A stretch of 64,000 nucleotides of DNA from Acidobacteriota bacterium (GTDB taxonomy: Bacteria; Acidobacteriota; Thermoanaerobaculia; Gp7-AA8). The DNA is taken from positions 63,587 to 127,586 of the forward strand of contig JAFATB010000014.1 in the NCBI GenBank assembly GCA_019244185.1, read 5' to 3'. A program made the translations under genes and the position numbers. Positions within the stretch are counted from its first letter, which is position 1. Every line of letters starts with the position of its first letter. Below are positions 18,904-28,013 of the stretch, piece by piece. The notes under the pieces are model-generated. The model was not told the origin of the DNA, ran no database searches, and worked only from the letters and a program-made list of their open reading frames with translations.

Positions 18904-21900
18904 TCACATCGCGGTGGCCATCTCGACGTAGCGGCACAAGCCGTTGACGAGCTTCATCTGCTCCGGCGTCTTGCACGCGACGTCGAGCAGCCGCGGATTC
19001 GCGACGACGACTGCCAGACAGCGCGCGCGGGAAATCGCGACGTTGAGCCGGTTGCGGCTGAAGAGAAAGTCGATGTCGCGCGGCAGCTCCGCGCCGCTCG
19101 ACGTGGCCATGCTGAAGAAGACCACCGGCGCCTCGCGGCCCTGAAACTTGTCGACCGTTCCGACCGGCACGTCTGCGAGGCCTCGCGCGGCGAGCGCCTG
19201 CGTGAGATGCCGCACCTGCGCGTTGTACGCGGCGACGACGAGAAAGCTCGTCGCGCGCAGCGGCGCCGTCGCGCCGTCGCTGTTCGTGAATGCGCCGCGG
19301 ATCATGCGCGCGATCTCGTCCGCGATGCGCGCTGCTTCCTCGTCGGACGACTGCGTGTTGCCTTCGTGCGCGACGGCGAGGAAGCGCAGGCCGGTCGCGC
19401 GCGCGCCGTCGATCGTCACCGCCTGCCGCGCGCAGCTCTCGTGCGAATGCAGCCGCGACTCGTAGACGACTTCGGAGACGAACGCGCAGACGTCGGGATG
19501 CATGCGCCGCGTGTGCTCGAGGAAGATGCCGCGCGACGGCCGCACGGTCGCGTCGTCGCCGAGGAGATGTTCGAGGACCGAGCACGCGGCGCCGTCGGGA
19601 TGCGAGCCTTGCGAAACCTGCGCGAGCTGCAGCGGATCGCCGAGGAGCACCACGTTGCGCGCGGACGTCGCGACGGCGAGCGCGGTCGCGAGCGACATCT
19701 GCCCCGCTTCGTCGAGAAAGAGATAGTCGAGCGACGCATCCATCGCGTCGTCGGAGAAGAGCCACGCGGTGCCCGCGACGAGCTGCATCGCGCGGTCGGC
19801 GCACTCCTTCGTTTCGCTGGTGGACTCGATCATCGGATTCGGCAGCTTCGAGACGAAGCGCGTCCGCGTGTCGGAGCCTTTCTTGAGGCCGCGCAACCAG
19901 TAGCCTTGCGCGCGTGCGACGTCTTCGACGGCATGCAGCAGGTTGTGAATCGCGGCGTGCGAGTTCGACGTCACGCCGACGCGCTTGCCGGCGCGCAGCA
20001 GCTTCACGATCGCGTGTGCGCCGTTGAACGTCTTGCCGGAGCCGGGAGGTCCTTGCACGAAGATGTACGAGTCGTCGAGCCGCTGCGCGGCGCTCGTGAC
20101 GTCGTCGCCGAGCGCGCCGTCGCGAACGCGCGGCTCGCGTGCGAGCAGGATGTCGTACGCGGCGCGGTACGTCGTCGCATCGCCGTCGCGTACGATCGAC
20201 GTTGCCAAGCGCTGCAACGCTTCGCGAATGGGCGCGGTGGAGATGTCGGGCTTCATGAAGAGCGCGTCGGGCGGCGGCAGGTCCTTCAGTTTCGGTCCGC
20301 GCCGCAAGCGCACGATGCCCTTCGCGTCGTCAATCGATTCGATCGTGCCCGCGGAGTTCGCGCGGTCGTGCACCGCGTCGCCCGGATCGAGCTTGTGCTC
20401 CTGCGGCGGAAACGTGTACGTGACGATGACCGACTTCTTGACCGGCTCGTCCGGCGTGTTCGGATCGGGCGCGAGTCCGCCGAGGCATTCGCTGTCGGCG
20501 ATCAGCTCCTCGTCGGTCATGTTCGTGCGGCGGTCGAACCAGCGCCACCACGCCGGCCGTTCCTCGCGCCGGTGGTAGTAGAGCAGTTGGGCGAGGAGCG
20601 GCATGCCGCGCGCAACGAGCTCCTGGAACAGCGCGTCGTTGCGCTGCTCCTCGGCGATGCGATCCTCGGCGCGCTCCTGCGCCGGCGGCGGCTCTTTCCA
20701 CGCCACGTCGTCGGGGCGGATCGACACGAGCCAGCGCCGCATCTCCACGATCGAGACGCAGTCTTCGCGGTTGTACGACTCGATCTCCGCGAGCATCGCG
20801 CGGTCGTTCGTCTCGAGCCACTGCTCGTACGCGAGCACGGCGCCGCCGGCGTCGGCGACGCCTTCCGACTTGCGCGTGAAGTAGAACGTCTCGATTTTCT
20901 TGAGGCCGTAGCTCGCGTGCGAGACGCGCATCCCCTGGCGGACGATCGACGCGAGGTCGACGAACGCCTCGCGGCGCAGCAGATCGTCGAGCTGCGCCTC
21001 GCGCGTGCCGTGCCGTCCCATCAGCCGCTCGAGCGACGACTTCTCCAGGCCGCCGTAGTGGTAGATGTGCGCGCCCGCTTCAGCGGTGAGCCGCGCGACG
21101 AGGAAGTCCATCACCGACTCGAATGACGCGCGTTCTTCCGCGGCGTCATGCGCCCACCACGCGCGGTACTGCGTCGAGCCGTTTTCCTCCCACGCCGCGC
21201 CGAACAGATACGTGATGCCGTCGCCGAGGAACGGATCGCCTTCGAGATCAAGAAAGACGTCGCCGGGGGAGGGGCGGGGCAGACGAAAGAAGCCGCGGTC
21301 TTTCTCGCGCGGCAGCAGCTCGAACGTGTGCTCGCCGGTGCGGCGCTGCTGCAACTGCAGGCGCGCCTGTTCGTGCAGCGTGACGAACGACTCCTCGGGC
21401 AGCTTGGCGATGCGCGTCGTCAGCGGCGACTCCGCGAGCGCGGTGAGCGTGTGGATGTCGCCGCGTTCGAGCCGCGTCACCTGCGCGCGCTGGATGTTCG
21501 CGACGAGTGAGAGATGATCGACCGCGCGCCAGTGCGCGGAACAATGCGCCCACCAGTCGCACAGCGCGCAGAACTCGACGGGATACGGCGCCGGCGCCCG
21601 GCCGTTCGCGACGAAGTGTTCGAGCGACGTCCGCACGTGCCGGTAGTACGCGGCAAAGTCGGCGACGCGAAACGACTGCCGCTCCTCGGTGCCGATGACG
21701 ACGTGCATCGACTCCGGCGCGACGCCCTGCAGCCGCGCGAGATGCATGCTGTAGTCGGCGAGCTGCAGCAGAAAGTGTGCGCGGACGCTGCGCGCGAGCT
21801 TCGTGTCGATGACCTCGTAGCCGTACGCGCCGAACGCCGGCGAGGGACGCTCGACGCGCATCAGCAGATCGGCGTAACCGATCCAGCGTCCGTCGAAGAA

Positions 21901-22224
21901 CGCGGCCTGATAGACATAGTCGGCGCCGGCCCGCATCGCGGCGAGCGTCTGCGTTTCCGCGCGGCGCAGCGCCTCGGGAGTCCACGGCGCGGGCTCGATC
22001 GCGACGACGCGCTTGCCGTCCGCGCGCAGCTTGTCGACGTACGCGCGCTCGTGCTCCTCGCCCTTGCGCGCGATCAGCTCGTCCATGGCGGACGGCGGCC
22101 GGTACGCGAGCGGCGCGACGCTGCCGCTGAGCGTGCCGCGATCGAGGAACGTCGCGTGATCGCAGCGCACGAACTTCGTGAGGTCGCTGGTGGCGAGAAC
22201 GAGGTCATTGCCGAAGAGCCGCAT
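18904..22224 (-). CDS. Multidomain nuclease-helicase: Cas4/RecB-like PD-(D/E)xK nuclease with Cys cluster, RNase H-like (TM0106-type) domain and Upf1/Dna2-like SF1 helicase
   Basis: N-terminal FCALCDWWAHC Cys cluster typical of Cas4/RecB nucleases. DVFLDLEGDPF... RNase H-like segment. C-terminal GPPGSGKT (Walker A), FLDEAGQ (Walker B), TRRMHPDVCAFVSEVVYESRL and VDKFQGREAPVVFFS...NVAISRAR (SF1 motifs V/VI). Start taken at the Met giving MRLFGND. The frame is open up to 22335. Confidence 0.75.
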   Translation of the reverse strand: MRLFGNDLVLATSDLTKFVRCDHATFLDRGTLSGSVAPLAYRPPSAMDELIARKGEEHERAYVDKLRADGKRVVAIEPAPWTPEALRRAETQTLAAMRAGADYVYQAAFFDGRWIGYADLLMRVERPSPAFGAYGYEVIDTKLARSVRAHFLLQLADYSMHLARLQGVAPESMHVVIGTEERQSFRVADFAAYYRHVRTSLEHFVANGRAPAPYPVEFCALCDWWAHCSAHWRAVDHLSLVANIQRAQVTRLERGDIHTLTALAESPLTTRIAKLPEESFVTLHEQARLQLQQRRTGEHTFELLPREKDRGFFRLPRPSPGDVFLDLEGDPFLGDGITYLFGAAWEENGSTQYRAWWAHDAAEERASFESVMDFLVARLTAEAGAHIYHYGGLEKSSLERLMGRHGTREAQLDDLLRREAFVDLASIVRQGMRVSHASYGLKKIETFYFTRKSEGVADAGGAVLAYEQWLETNDRAMLAEIESYNREDCVSIVEMRRWLVSIRPDDVAWKEPPPAQERAEDRIAEEQRNDALFQELVARGMPLLAQLLYYHRREERPAWWRWFDRRTNMTDEELIADSECLGGLAPDPNTPDEPVKKSVIVTYTFPPQEHKLDPGDAVHDRANSAGTIESIDDAKGIVRLRRGPKLKDLPPPDALFMKPDISTAPIREALQRLATSIVRDGDATTYRAAYDILLAREPRVRDGALGDDVTSAAQRLDDSYIFVQGPPGSGKTFNGAHAIVKLLRAGKRVGVTSNSHAAIHNLLHAVEDVARAQGYWLRGLKKGSDTRTRFVSKLPNPMIESTSETKECADRAMQLVAGTAWLFSDDAMDASLDYLFLDEAGQMSLATALAVATSARNVVLLGDPLQLAQVSQGSHPDGAACSVLEHLLGDDATVRPSRGIFLEHTRRMHPDVCAFVSEVVYESRLHSHESCARQAVTIDGARATGLRFLAVAHEGNTQSSDEEAARIADEIARMIRGAFTNSDGATAPLRATSFLVVAAYNAQVRHLTQALAARGLADVPVGTVDKFQGREAPVVFFSMATSSGAELPRDIDFLFSRNRLNVAISRARCLAVVVANPRLLDVACKTPEQMKLVNGLCRYVEMATAM

Positions 22225-22283
22225 GCCCGCTTTCGACACGCCGCGCAACCGCTTGTGGCGCGCGCCACCTTTCGCGCGGAAGC

Positions 22284-24497
22284 GTGTCGTCAAAGCGGGG
22301 GGAGTTCTTGGACATCGCAAGGGGATCCGCCGCACCGACGCGGCTCGAGCGCATCCTGCAGGCGTCGATCGACCGGAAGCGCAAGCTCGAAGCGCTCGCG
22401 CGGCAGGCCGCCGAAGTCGTCGCGCCGCCGCAAACGCAACCGCGCGCCGCGACGACTGGCGAGTGGCTGCCGCGGGGAACGAGCGCCGGCGTGCACGGCT
22501 TCGCCACCGGCGACTTCGTCTACGTCGGCAACAAGCTGCGCGCGCTGAACGGCTACGGCGTCGAGCCGTCGCTCATCAATCCCGCGCTCCTCGTCGACTC
22601 GACGAACGCCGACGCCTCGGGCAGTGACGTCTCGTACTGGCCGTCGTACACGAACCTCTCGCCATCCAGCCGCCGTGCGTATCTGCAGTGGCTCGCGGGC
22701 GGACGCAACGATCCAGAGATCTCGATCGGCTACGTCTTCGTCTTCTTCTACGGCCTCGAACGCCGCGTCTGCGAGTACGTGCGCGATCGCGGCTCGGACG
22801 CGGACGAGGTGCTCGCGATCGCGCACGAGGTCGCGCGTCTGCTCGACCTCTACGCGACGACGAGCCATTCGTTCGCGTCGTACGCGCGGGCGCTGCTGGA
22901 ATTGATTGCCACGATCGAGCCGCGCTCGCGCACGCTGCTGCGTGGACGCGACGACGACTACACGTACGGTCCGTCGCAGCGGCTGAAGCTCGCCCTAGGC
23001 GAGCTCGCCGTCGCGCACAAGCCGATCCCCGCCGCGCTCGCGTTGCGTTGGGTTCGCGCGTCCTACGCGCGGACGACGCCGATGAAACGCTGCGCCGCCG
23101 AATTCGAGCTGCTCTTTCACGTGCGCTACGCGACGCAGTTCGGCGATGGGCTCGTGGTCAAGCCGAACAAGACGTACGTCGACGCGACCTACTCTGCGGC
23201 GAGCAGCGCGCTCGACACGCTCGTCGTGACGCAGCAGCGCGTCCCCGACATCACGCAGCTCGCGCGTCCGATCGCGAAGCTCATCGCGCTCGCGCAGGAA
23301 TGCACGAACGCGCTCGATCCCTTCAGCCGCTTTCTCGGCCGCAACCCGCAAGGGCGGCAGTCGCTTTCGGCGTTCGCGCTGTTACCCGAGGACCTCGTGG
23401 AGGCGACGCCGTCCGCGGACGCGGCGTCGCTCGCGTCGCTGGTGCGTTCGCGACTCGACGGCGACGGGCTCGCGCTGCTCGGCGCGGGCGAGCTTCTGCC
23501 CTTCGTCCGGCTCGCGCGCCCGGGCAAAGTGTCGAAGAGCGAGTCGATGTTTCTCGCGCAGGCGCTCGAGAAGCTCGGCTACGGCATCGAGCCCGACGTG
23601 CGCCTCGGCGGTCCTGCATTCGACGTCAACGGCCGCGCGATTCTGTTCCGCCGTCTGCCGGATTGTCCGTCCGTCGCATCCGTTGAATATGCGCTGGCGA
23701 TGCTCTGCATGCGCCTCGGCGCGATCGTCAGCGCGGCGGACGACGACGTCTCCGCGGTGGAGCGCGCGCTCCTGCAGAAGCACATCGCCGACACGCTGCA
23801 ACTCTCCGCGGGCGAACGGCAGCGCCTCGCCGCGCATCTCGCGTGGCTGCTCGAAGAGAAGCCCGGCACGAGCGGCCTGAAGAAACATCTCGCCGCGCTG
23901 ACGACCGACGCGCGCCATCACATCGGCCGCCTGCTCATCACCGTTGCCACGACCGACGACGTCGTCGATCCGCGCGAGATGAAGATGCTCGAGAAGCTCT
24001 ACGCGCTCATCGGACTCGACACGGCCGCGCTCTACGCCGACCTCCACGCCGCGCTTGCGACCGACGACGAACCGGTCGCCGTCGATGCGTCGCCTGCCGT
24101 CGCGAAAGGCTTCGCCATTCCGCCGCGTGCGCCGGCGACGGCCATCGACATGAACCGCGTGCGCCTCAAGCTCGCGGAAACGCGGCAGGTGTCGTCGCTC
24201 CTCGCCGAGGTGTTCGCGGAGGAGGAAACGTCCGCGCCGGTGGCGCCAAAGGCCGCGCAGGCGAACGCGATCGGCACGCTCGACGCCGCGCAGTCGGAAC
24301 TGCTGCGGCGTCTCGCGCAGCGCGCCTCGTGGTCGCGCGACGACGTCGAGCATCTCGCCGGCGAGCTCGCGCTGCTGCCCGACGGCGCGCTCGAGGCGAT
24401 CAACGACTACGCGTACGCCACCGCCGGCGAGCCGGTGTGGGAAGACGAAGACCCGCTCACCATCAACACCAACGTCGCCAGGGAGCTCATCGCATGA
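22284..24497 (+). CDS. TerB-N / TerB / TerB-C domain protein (Shango SngA-like)
   Basis: N-terminal segment YWPSYTNLSPSSRRAYLQWL (TerB-N-like). Central bipartite acidic/helical TerB-like region (VEYALAMLCMRLGAIVSAADDDVSAVERALL ... DPREMKMLEKLYALIGLD). Acidic C-terminal TerB-C-like region. First gene of a three-gene cassette. Confidence 0.65.
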   Translation: MSSKRGEFLDIARGSAAPTRLERILQASIDRKRKLEALARQAAEVVAPPQTQPRAATTGEWLPRGTSAGVHGFATGDFVYVGNKLRALNGYGVEPSLINPALLVDSTNADASGSDVSYWPSYTNLSPSSRRAYLQWLAGGRNDPEISIGYVFVFFYGLERRVCEYVRDRGSDADEVLAIAHEVARLLDLYATTSHSFASYARALLELIATIEPRSRTLLRGRDDDYTYGPSQRLKLALGELAVAHKPIPAALALRWVRASYARTTPMKRCAAEFELLFHVRYATQFGDGLVVKPNKTYVDATYSAASSALDTLVVTQQRVPDITQLARPIAKLIALAQECTNALDPFSRFLGRNPQGRQSLSAFALLPEDLVEATPSADAASLASLVRSRLDGDGLALLGAGELLPFVRLARPGKVSKSESMFLAQALEKLGYGIEPDVRLGGPAFDVNGRAILFRRLPDCPSVASVEYALAMLCMRLGAIVSAADDDVSAVERALLQKHIADTLQLSAGERQRLAAHLAWLLEEKPGTSGLKKHLAALTTDARHHIGRLLITVATTDDVVDPREMKMLEKLYALIGLDTAALYADLHAALATDDEPVAVDASPAVAKGFAIPPRAPATAIDMNRVRLKLAETRQVSSLLAEVFAEEETSAPVAPKAAQANAIGTLDAAQSELLRRLAQRASWSRDDVEHLAGELALLPDGALEAINDYAYATAGEPVWEDEDPLTINTNVARELIA

Positions 24498-25837
24498 CGC
24501 AAAGCGAGACCGCGATCAAACCGAAGCACCGCGAAGCCATCATCCAGTCGTTGCGCGCCGGCGTCGTGCCGCGCGCGGGGCAGCAGCACATCCAGGTCGG
24601 ACGCCACGCCGAAGTGAAGGCGCTCCTCGGCGACATCGACCGCATCGCCGCGGGCGGCTCCGCGATCCGCTTCATCATCGGCGAGTACGGCTCGGGCAAG
24701 ACGTTCTTCCTGAACCTGATTCGCGCCATCGCGCTGGAGCGCAACCTCGTCGCCATCAACGCCGATCTCTCGCCCGACCGCCGCCTGCACGCGACCGGCG
24801 GCCAGGCGCGCTCGCTGTACGCGGAGCTGATGCGCAACCTCGCCACGCGCTCGAAGCCGGAATGCGGCGCGATGGCGAGCGTCGTCGAGAAATTCGTCAG
24901 CAGCGCGCTCGGCGAGGCGCGCGGCAGCGGACGCAGCGTCGACGAGATCATCCGCGCGCGGCTCGCATCGCTGCAGGAGCTCGTCGGCGGCTACGACTTC
25001 GCGCAGGTCATCGAGGCGTACTGGCGCGGCCACGACAGCGGCAACGAAGAACTGAAAGACGCCGCGCTGCGCTGGCTCCGCGGCGAGTACGCGACGAAGA
25101 CGGACGCGCGCGCGTCGCTCGGCGTGCGCACCGTCGTCAGCGACGCGAACGTCTACGATCAGCTGAAGCTCTTCGCGCGCTTCGTGCGTCTCGCGGGTTA
25201 CGCCGGGTTTCTGGTCGTGCTCGACGAGCTCGTGAACCTCTACAAGCTCGCCAACGCGCAGGCGCGCAACAGCAACTACGAACAGATCCTGCGCATCTTG
25301 AACGACGTGCTGCAGGGCAGCGCGGAAGGCCTCGGCGTCCTCCTCGGCGGCACGCCGGAGTTTCTCCTCGACACGCGCCGCGGCCTCTACAGCTACTCCG
25401 CGCTGCAATCGCGCCTGGCGCAGAACCAGTTCGCCGCGAACGGCTTCGTCGACTACAGCGGCCCCGTGCTCTCGCTCGCGCAGCTGACGAAGGAAGACCT
25501 CTACGTGCTGCTCGGGAACATCCGCAACGTCTACGCGTGCGGCGACGCCGCGAAGCATCTCGTGCCCGACGAGGCGCTCGAGGCGTTCATGCAGCACTGT
25601 TCGACGCGCATCGGCGACGCGTACTTTCGCACTCCGCGCAACACCGTCACCGCGTTCGTGAGCCTGCTCTCCGTGCTCGAACAAAACGCGCACGCCGACT
25701 GGCGCGAGCTCCTCGGCGCGGTGACGATCGCGCCGGAGCACAACCCCGATCTCGAAGGCGAGATCGTCGACGACGCGGCGCCGGCAGCAGGCACAGCGAA
25801 GGACGAGGACGACGACCTTGCCACCTTCCGCATCTGA
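24494..25837 (+). CDS. P-loop ATPase (Shango SngB-like)
   Basis: ATGA overlap with the upstream gene. Walker A GEYGSGKT and Walker B-like VVLDELVNL. The ORF-track start (23843) is inside the upstream gene. Confidence 0.65.
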   Translation: MTQSETAIKPKHREAIIQSLRAGVVPRAGQQHIQVGRHAEVKALLGDIDRIAAGGSAIRFIIGEYGSGKTFFLNLIRAIALERNLVAINADLSPDRRLHATGGQARSLYAELMRNLATRSKPECGAMASVVEKFVSSALGEARGSGRSVDEIIRARLASLQELVGGYDFAQVIEAYWRGHDSGNEELKDAALRWLRGEYATKTDARASLGVRTVVSDANVYDQLKLFARFVRLAGYAGFLVVLDELVNLYKLANAQARNSNYEQILRILNDVLQGSAEGLGVLLGGTPEFLLDTRRGLYSYSALQSRLAQNQFAANGFVDYSGPVLSLAQLTKEDLYVLLGNIRNVYACGDAAKHLVPDEALEAFMQHCSTRIGDAYFRTPRNTVTAFVSLLSVLEQNAHADWRELLGAVTIAPEHNPDLEGEIVDDAAPAAGTAKDEDDDLATFRI

Positions 25838-28013
25838 GGCGTCGTCGTCGTTCGCGCTGCTGCACGAGCGCGTGCGCCGCTGGATCTGGGACCAGCAATG
25901 GTCCGAGCTGCGCGACGTGCAGGAGCTCGCGATCCAGACGATTCTGCGCGGCGACGGCGACGCGATCGTCACCGCGGCGACGGCGGCGGGCAAAACGGAA
26001 GCGGCGTTTCTGCCGATCTGCTCGACGCTCGTCGGCGACGCCGCGCCCGGCGTGCAGGTGCTCTACGTCGGCCCGCTGAAGGCGCTCATCAACGATCAGT
26101 GGCGGCGGCTCGACGGCCTCTGCGAGTCGCTGGAGATTCCGGTGCATCGCTGGCACGGCGACGTCACGATGAGCGCGCGGCAGAAGCTCATCCGCGATCC
26201 GCACGGCATCCTGCTCATCACGCCGGAGTCGCTCGAAGCCTTGTTCGTGCGCCGCGGCAGCGAAGTCGGCCGCATCTTCGCGGCGCTGCGCTTCGTGGTC
26301 ATCGACGAGCTGCACGCCTTCATCGGCAGCGAGCGCGGCATGCAGCTGCAGTCGCTGCTGCACCGGCTCGAACGCGTGCTGCACCGCCGCGTGCGGCGCG
26401 TCGGCCTCAGCGCCACGCTCGGCGACATGACCGTCGCCGCCAATTTCCTCCGTCCGCCGAACGATCGCGCGCAGGCGCCCGCGATCGTGAAATCGGAGGA
26501 AGCGGGCACCGGCGTGAAGCTGCGCCTGTACGGCTTTCGCCATCCGCTGCATGCCGATGACGAGACGAAGAAAGAGAAAGACGATCCCACGCTCGCGTCG
26601 ATCGCGCGACATCTCTTCGAGCATCTGCGCGGCTCGAACCATCTCGTCTTCGCGAACGCGCGCGGCAGGGTCGAGGGACTCACCGACCGCCTGGCGCGCA
26701 TGTGCAACGAGGCGAAACTGCCGCAGGAGTTCTTCGCGCATCACGGGAGCCTCTCGCGCGAGCTGCGCTTCGAAGTCGAAGATCAGCTCAAGCGCGGCGA
26801 GCGTCCGCTGACCGTGATCTGCACGAGCACGCTGGAGATGGGCATCGACATCGGCGCGGTGAAGAGCGTCGCGCAGATCGGCGTTCCTCCCGGCGTCGCC
26901 GCACTGCGCCAGCGTCTCGGCCGCTCCGGACGCCGCGGCGAGCCCGCCATCCTGCGCATCTACATTCAGGAAGAAACCGTGACCGATCGCTCCGCCCCGC
27001 AGGATGCGATCCGCGCGACGCTCGTTGAAACCATCGCCATGGTGAACCTGATGCTCGAGAAATGGGTCGAGCCGCCGCTCGCGGAACTGGTGCACGGCTC
27101 GACGCTCGTGCAGCAGCTCCTCTCGCTCATCGCGCAATACGGCGGCATCACCGCCGCCGACGCGTACGCGCTGCTCTGCGCGAGCGGGCCGTTCCGCCAC
27201 GTCCCGCGCGCGATGTTCACGTCGCTCGTCGAGCAACTCGAAACGCGCGAGTTGATTCGCAGGGAGCGCGACGGCCTGCTGCTGCACGACGAGAAGGGCG
27301 AGAAGGTCGTCAACCATCACGACTTCTACAGCGCGTTCAAGAGTCCCGACGAATACCGCCTCGTGAGCGGCGGCCGGCAGCTCGGCACGCTGCCGATCGT
27401 GAATCCGGTCAGTGAAGGCTCGTTCCTCATCTTCGCCGGCCGGCGCTGGCGCATCGTCGCCGTCGACGCGGAGAAGCGCGTCATCGACCTCGTGCCGTCG
27501 GCCGCCGGCCGCCTCCCCATCTTCGATCCGAGCGATGGTCCCGACGTGCACGACCGCGTGCGCCGCGAGATGCTCGCGATCTACACGAGCGACGACACGC
27601 CGGTGTATCTCGATGCCGAGGCTGCCGATCTCCTGCATGAGGGCCGCCGCAACTTCGCGCGCTTCGCGCTCGCAAACACGAACTTCATCGCCCGCGGCGA
27701 CGGCGCGCTGTACTTTCCGTGGTACGGCACGCGCGCGATGAACACGCTCGCGCAGCAGCTCGCCGCGCGCGAGATCAAGGTCTCGATGGAAGGTCTCGCG
27801 CTCGTCGCGCTGCACATCACGCCCGACGCTTTGCGCGACGCGGTCGACGCGTGCGAGCGCGAGCGCCCCATCGACACCATCGCGCTCGCGGCGAAAGTGA
27901 AGAACACGCTCGAGGAGAAGTGGGACTGGGCGCTCGATGACGCGACGCGTTTCGCCTCGTACGCGAGCCGCAAGCTGGAGCGGAATCCCATGCCGTCCGC
28001 GCGAGCGCGCTAA
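25818..28013 (+). CDS. DEAD/DEAH-box superfamily-2 helicase (Shango SngC-like)
   Basis: TAATAAGKTEAAFLP (motif I), VIDELH (motif II, DEAH-like), SATLGD (III), helicase C motifs QRLGRSGRRGEP. 20-nt overlap with the ATPase gene. Confidence 0.75.
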   Translation: MPPSASEASSSFALLHERVRRWIWDQQWSELRDVQELAIQTILRGDGDAIVTAATAAGKTEAAFLPICSTLVGDAAPGVQVLYVGPLKALINDQWRRLDGLCESLEIPVHRWHGDVTMSARQKLIRDPHGILLITPESLEALFVRRGSEVGRIFAALRFVVIDELHAFIGSERGMQLQSLLHRLERVLHRRVRRVGLSATLGDMTVAANFLRPPNDRAQAPAIVKSEEAGTGVKLRLYGFRHPLHADDETKKEKDDPTLASIARHLFEHLRGSNHLVFANARGRVEGLTDRLARMCNEAKLPQEFFAHHGSLSRELRFEVEDQLKRGERPLTVICTSTLEMGIDIGAVKSVAQIGVPPGVAALRQRLGRSGRRGEPAILRIYIQEETVTDRSAPQDAIRATLVETIAMVNLMLEKWVEPPLAELVHGSTLVQQLLSLIAQYGGITAADAYALLCASGPFRHVPRAMFTSLVEQLETRELIRRERDGLLLHDEKGEKVVNHHDFYSAFKSPDEYRLVSGGRQLGTLPIVNPVSEGSFLIFAGRRWRIVAVDAEKRVIDLVPSAAGRLPIFDPSDGPDVHDRVRREMLAIYTSDDTPVYLDAEAADLLHEGRRNFARFALANTNFIARGDGALYFPWYGTRAMNTLAQQLAAREIKVSMEGLALVALHITPDALRDAVDACERERPIDTIALAAKVKNTLEEKWDWALDDATRFASYASRKLERNPMPSARAR

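Noticed and set aside
23843-25837. ORF-track start at 23843 for the ATPase gene, and start at 52297 for the anti-sigma gene
   Set aside because: Both upstream extensions lie inside the preceding well-supported gene in another frame. The Met giving an ATGA overlap with the upstream stop (24494; 52444) is the plausible start.
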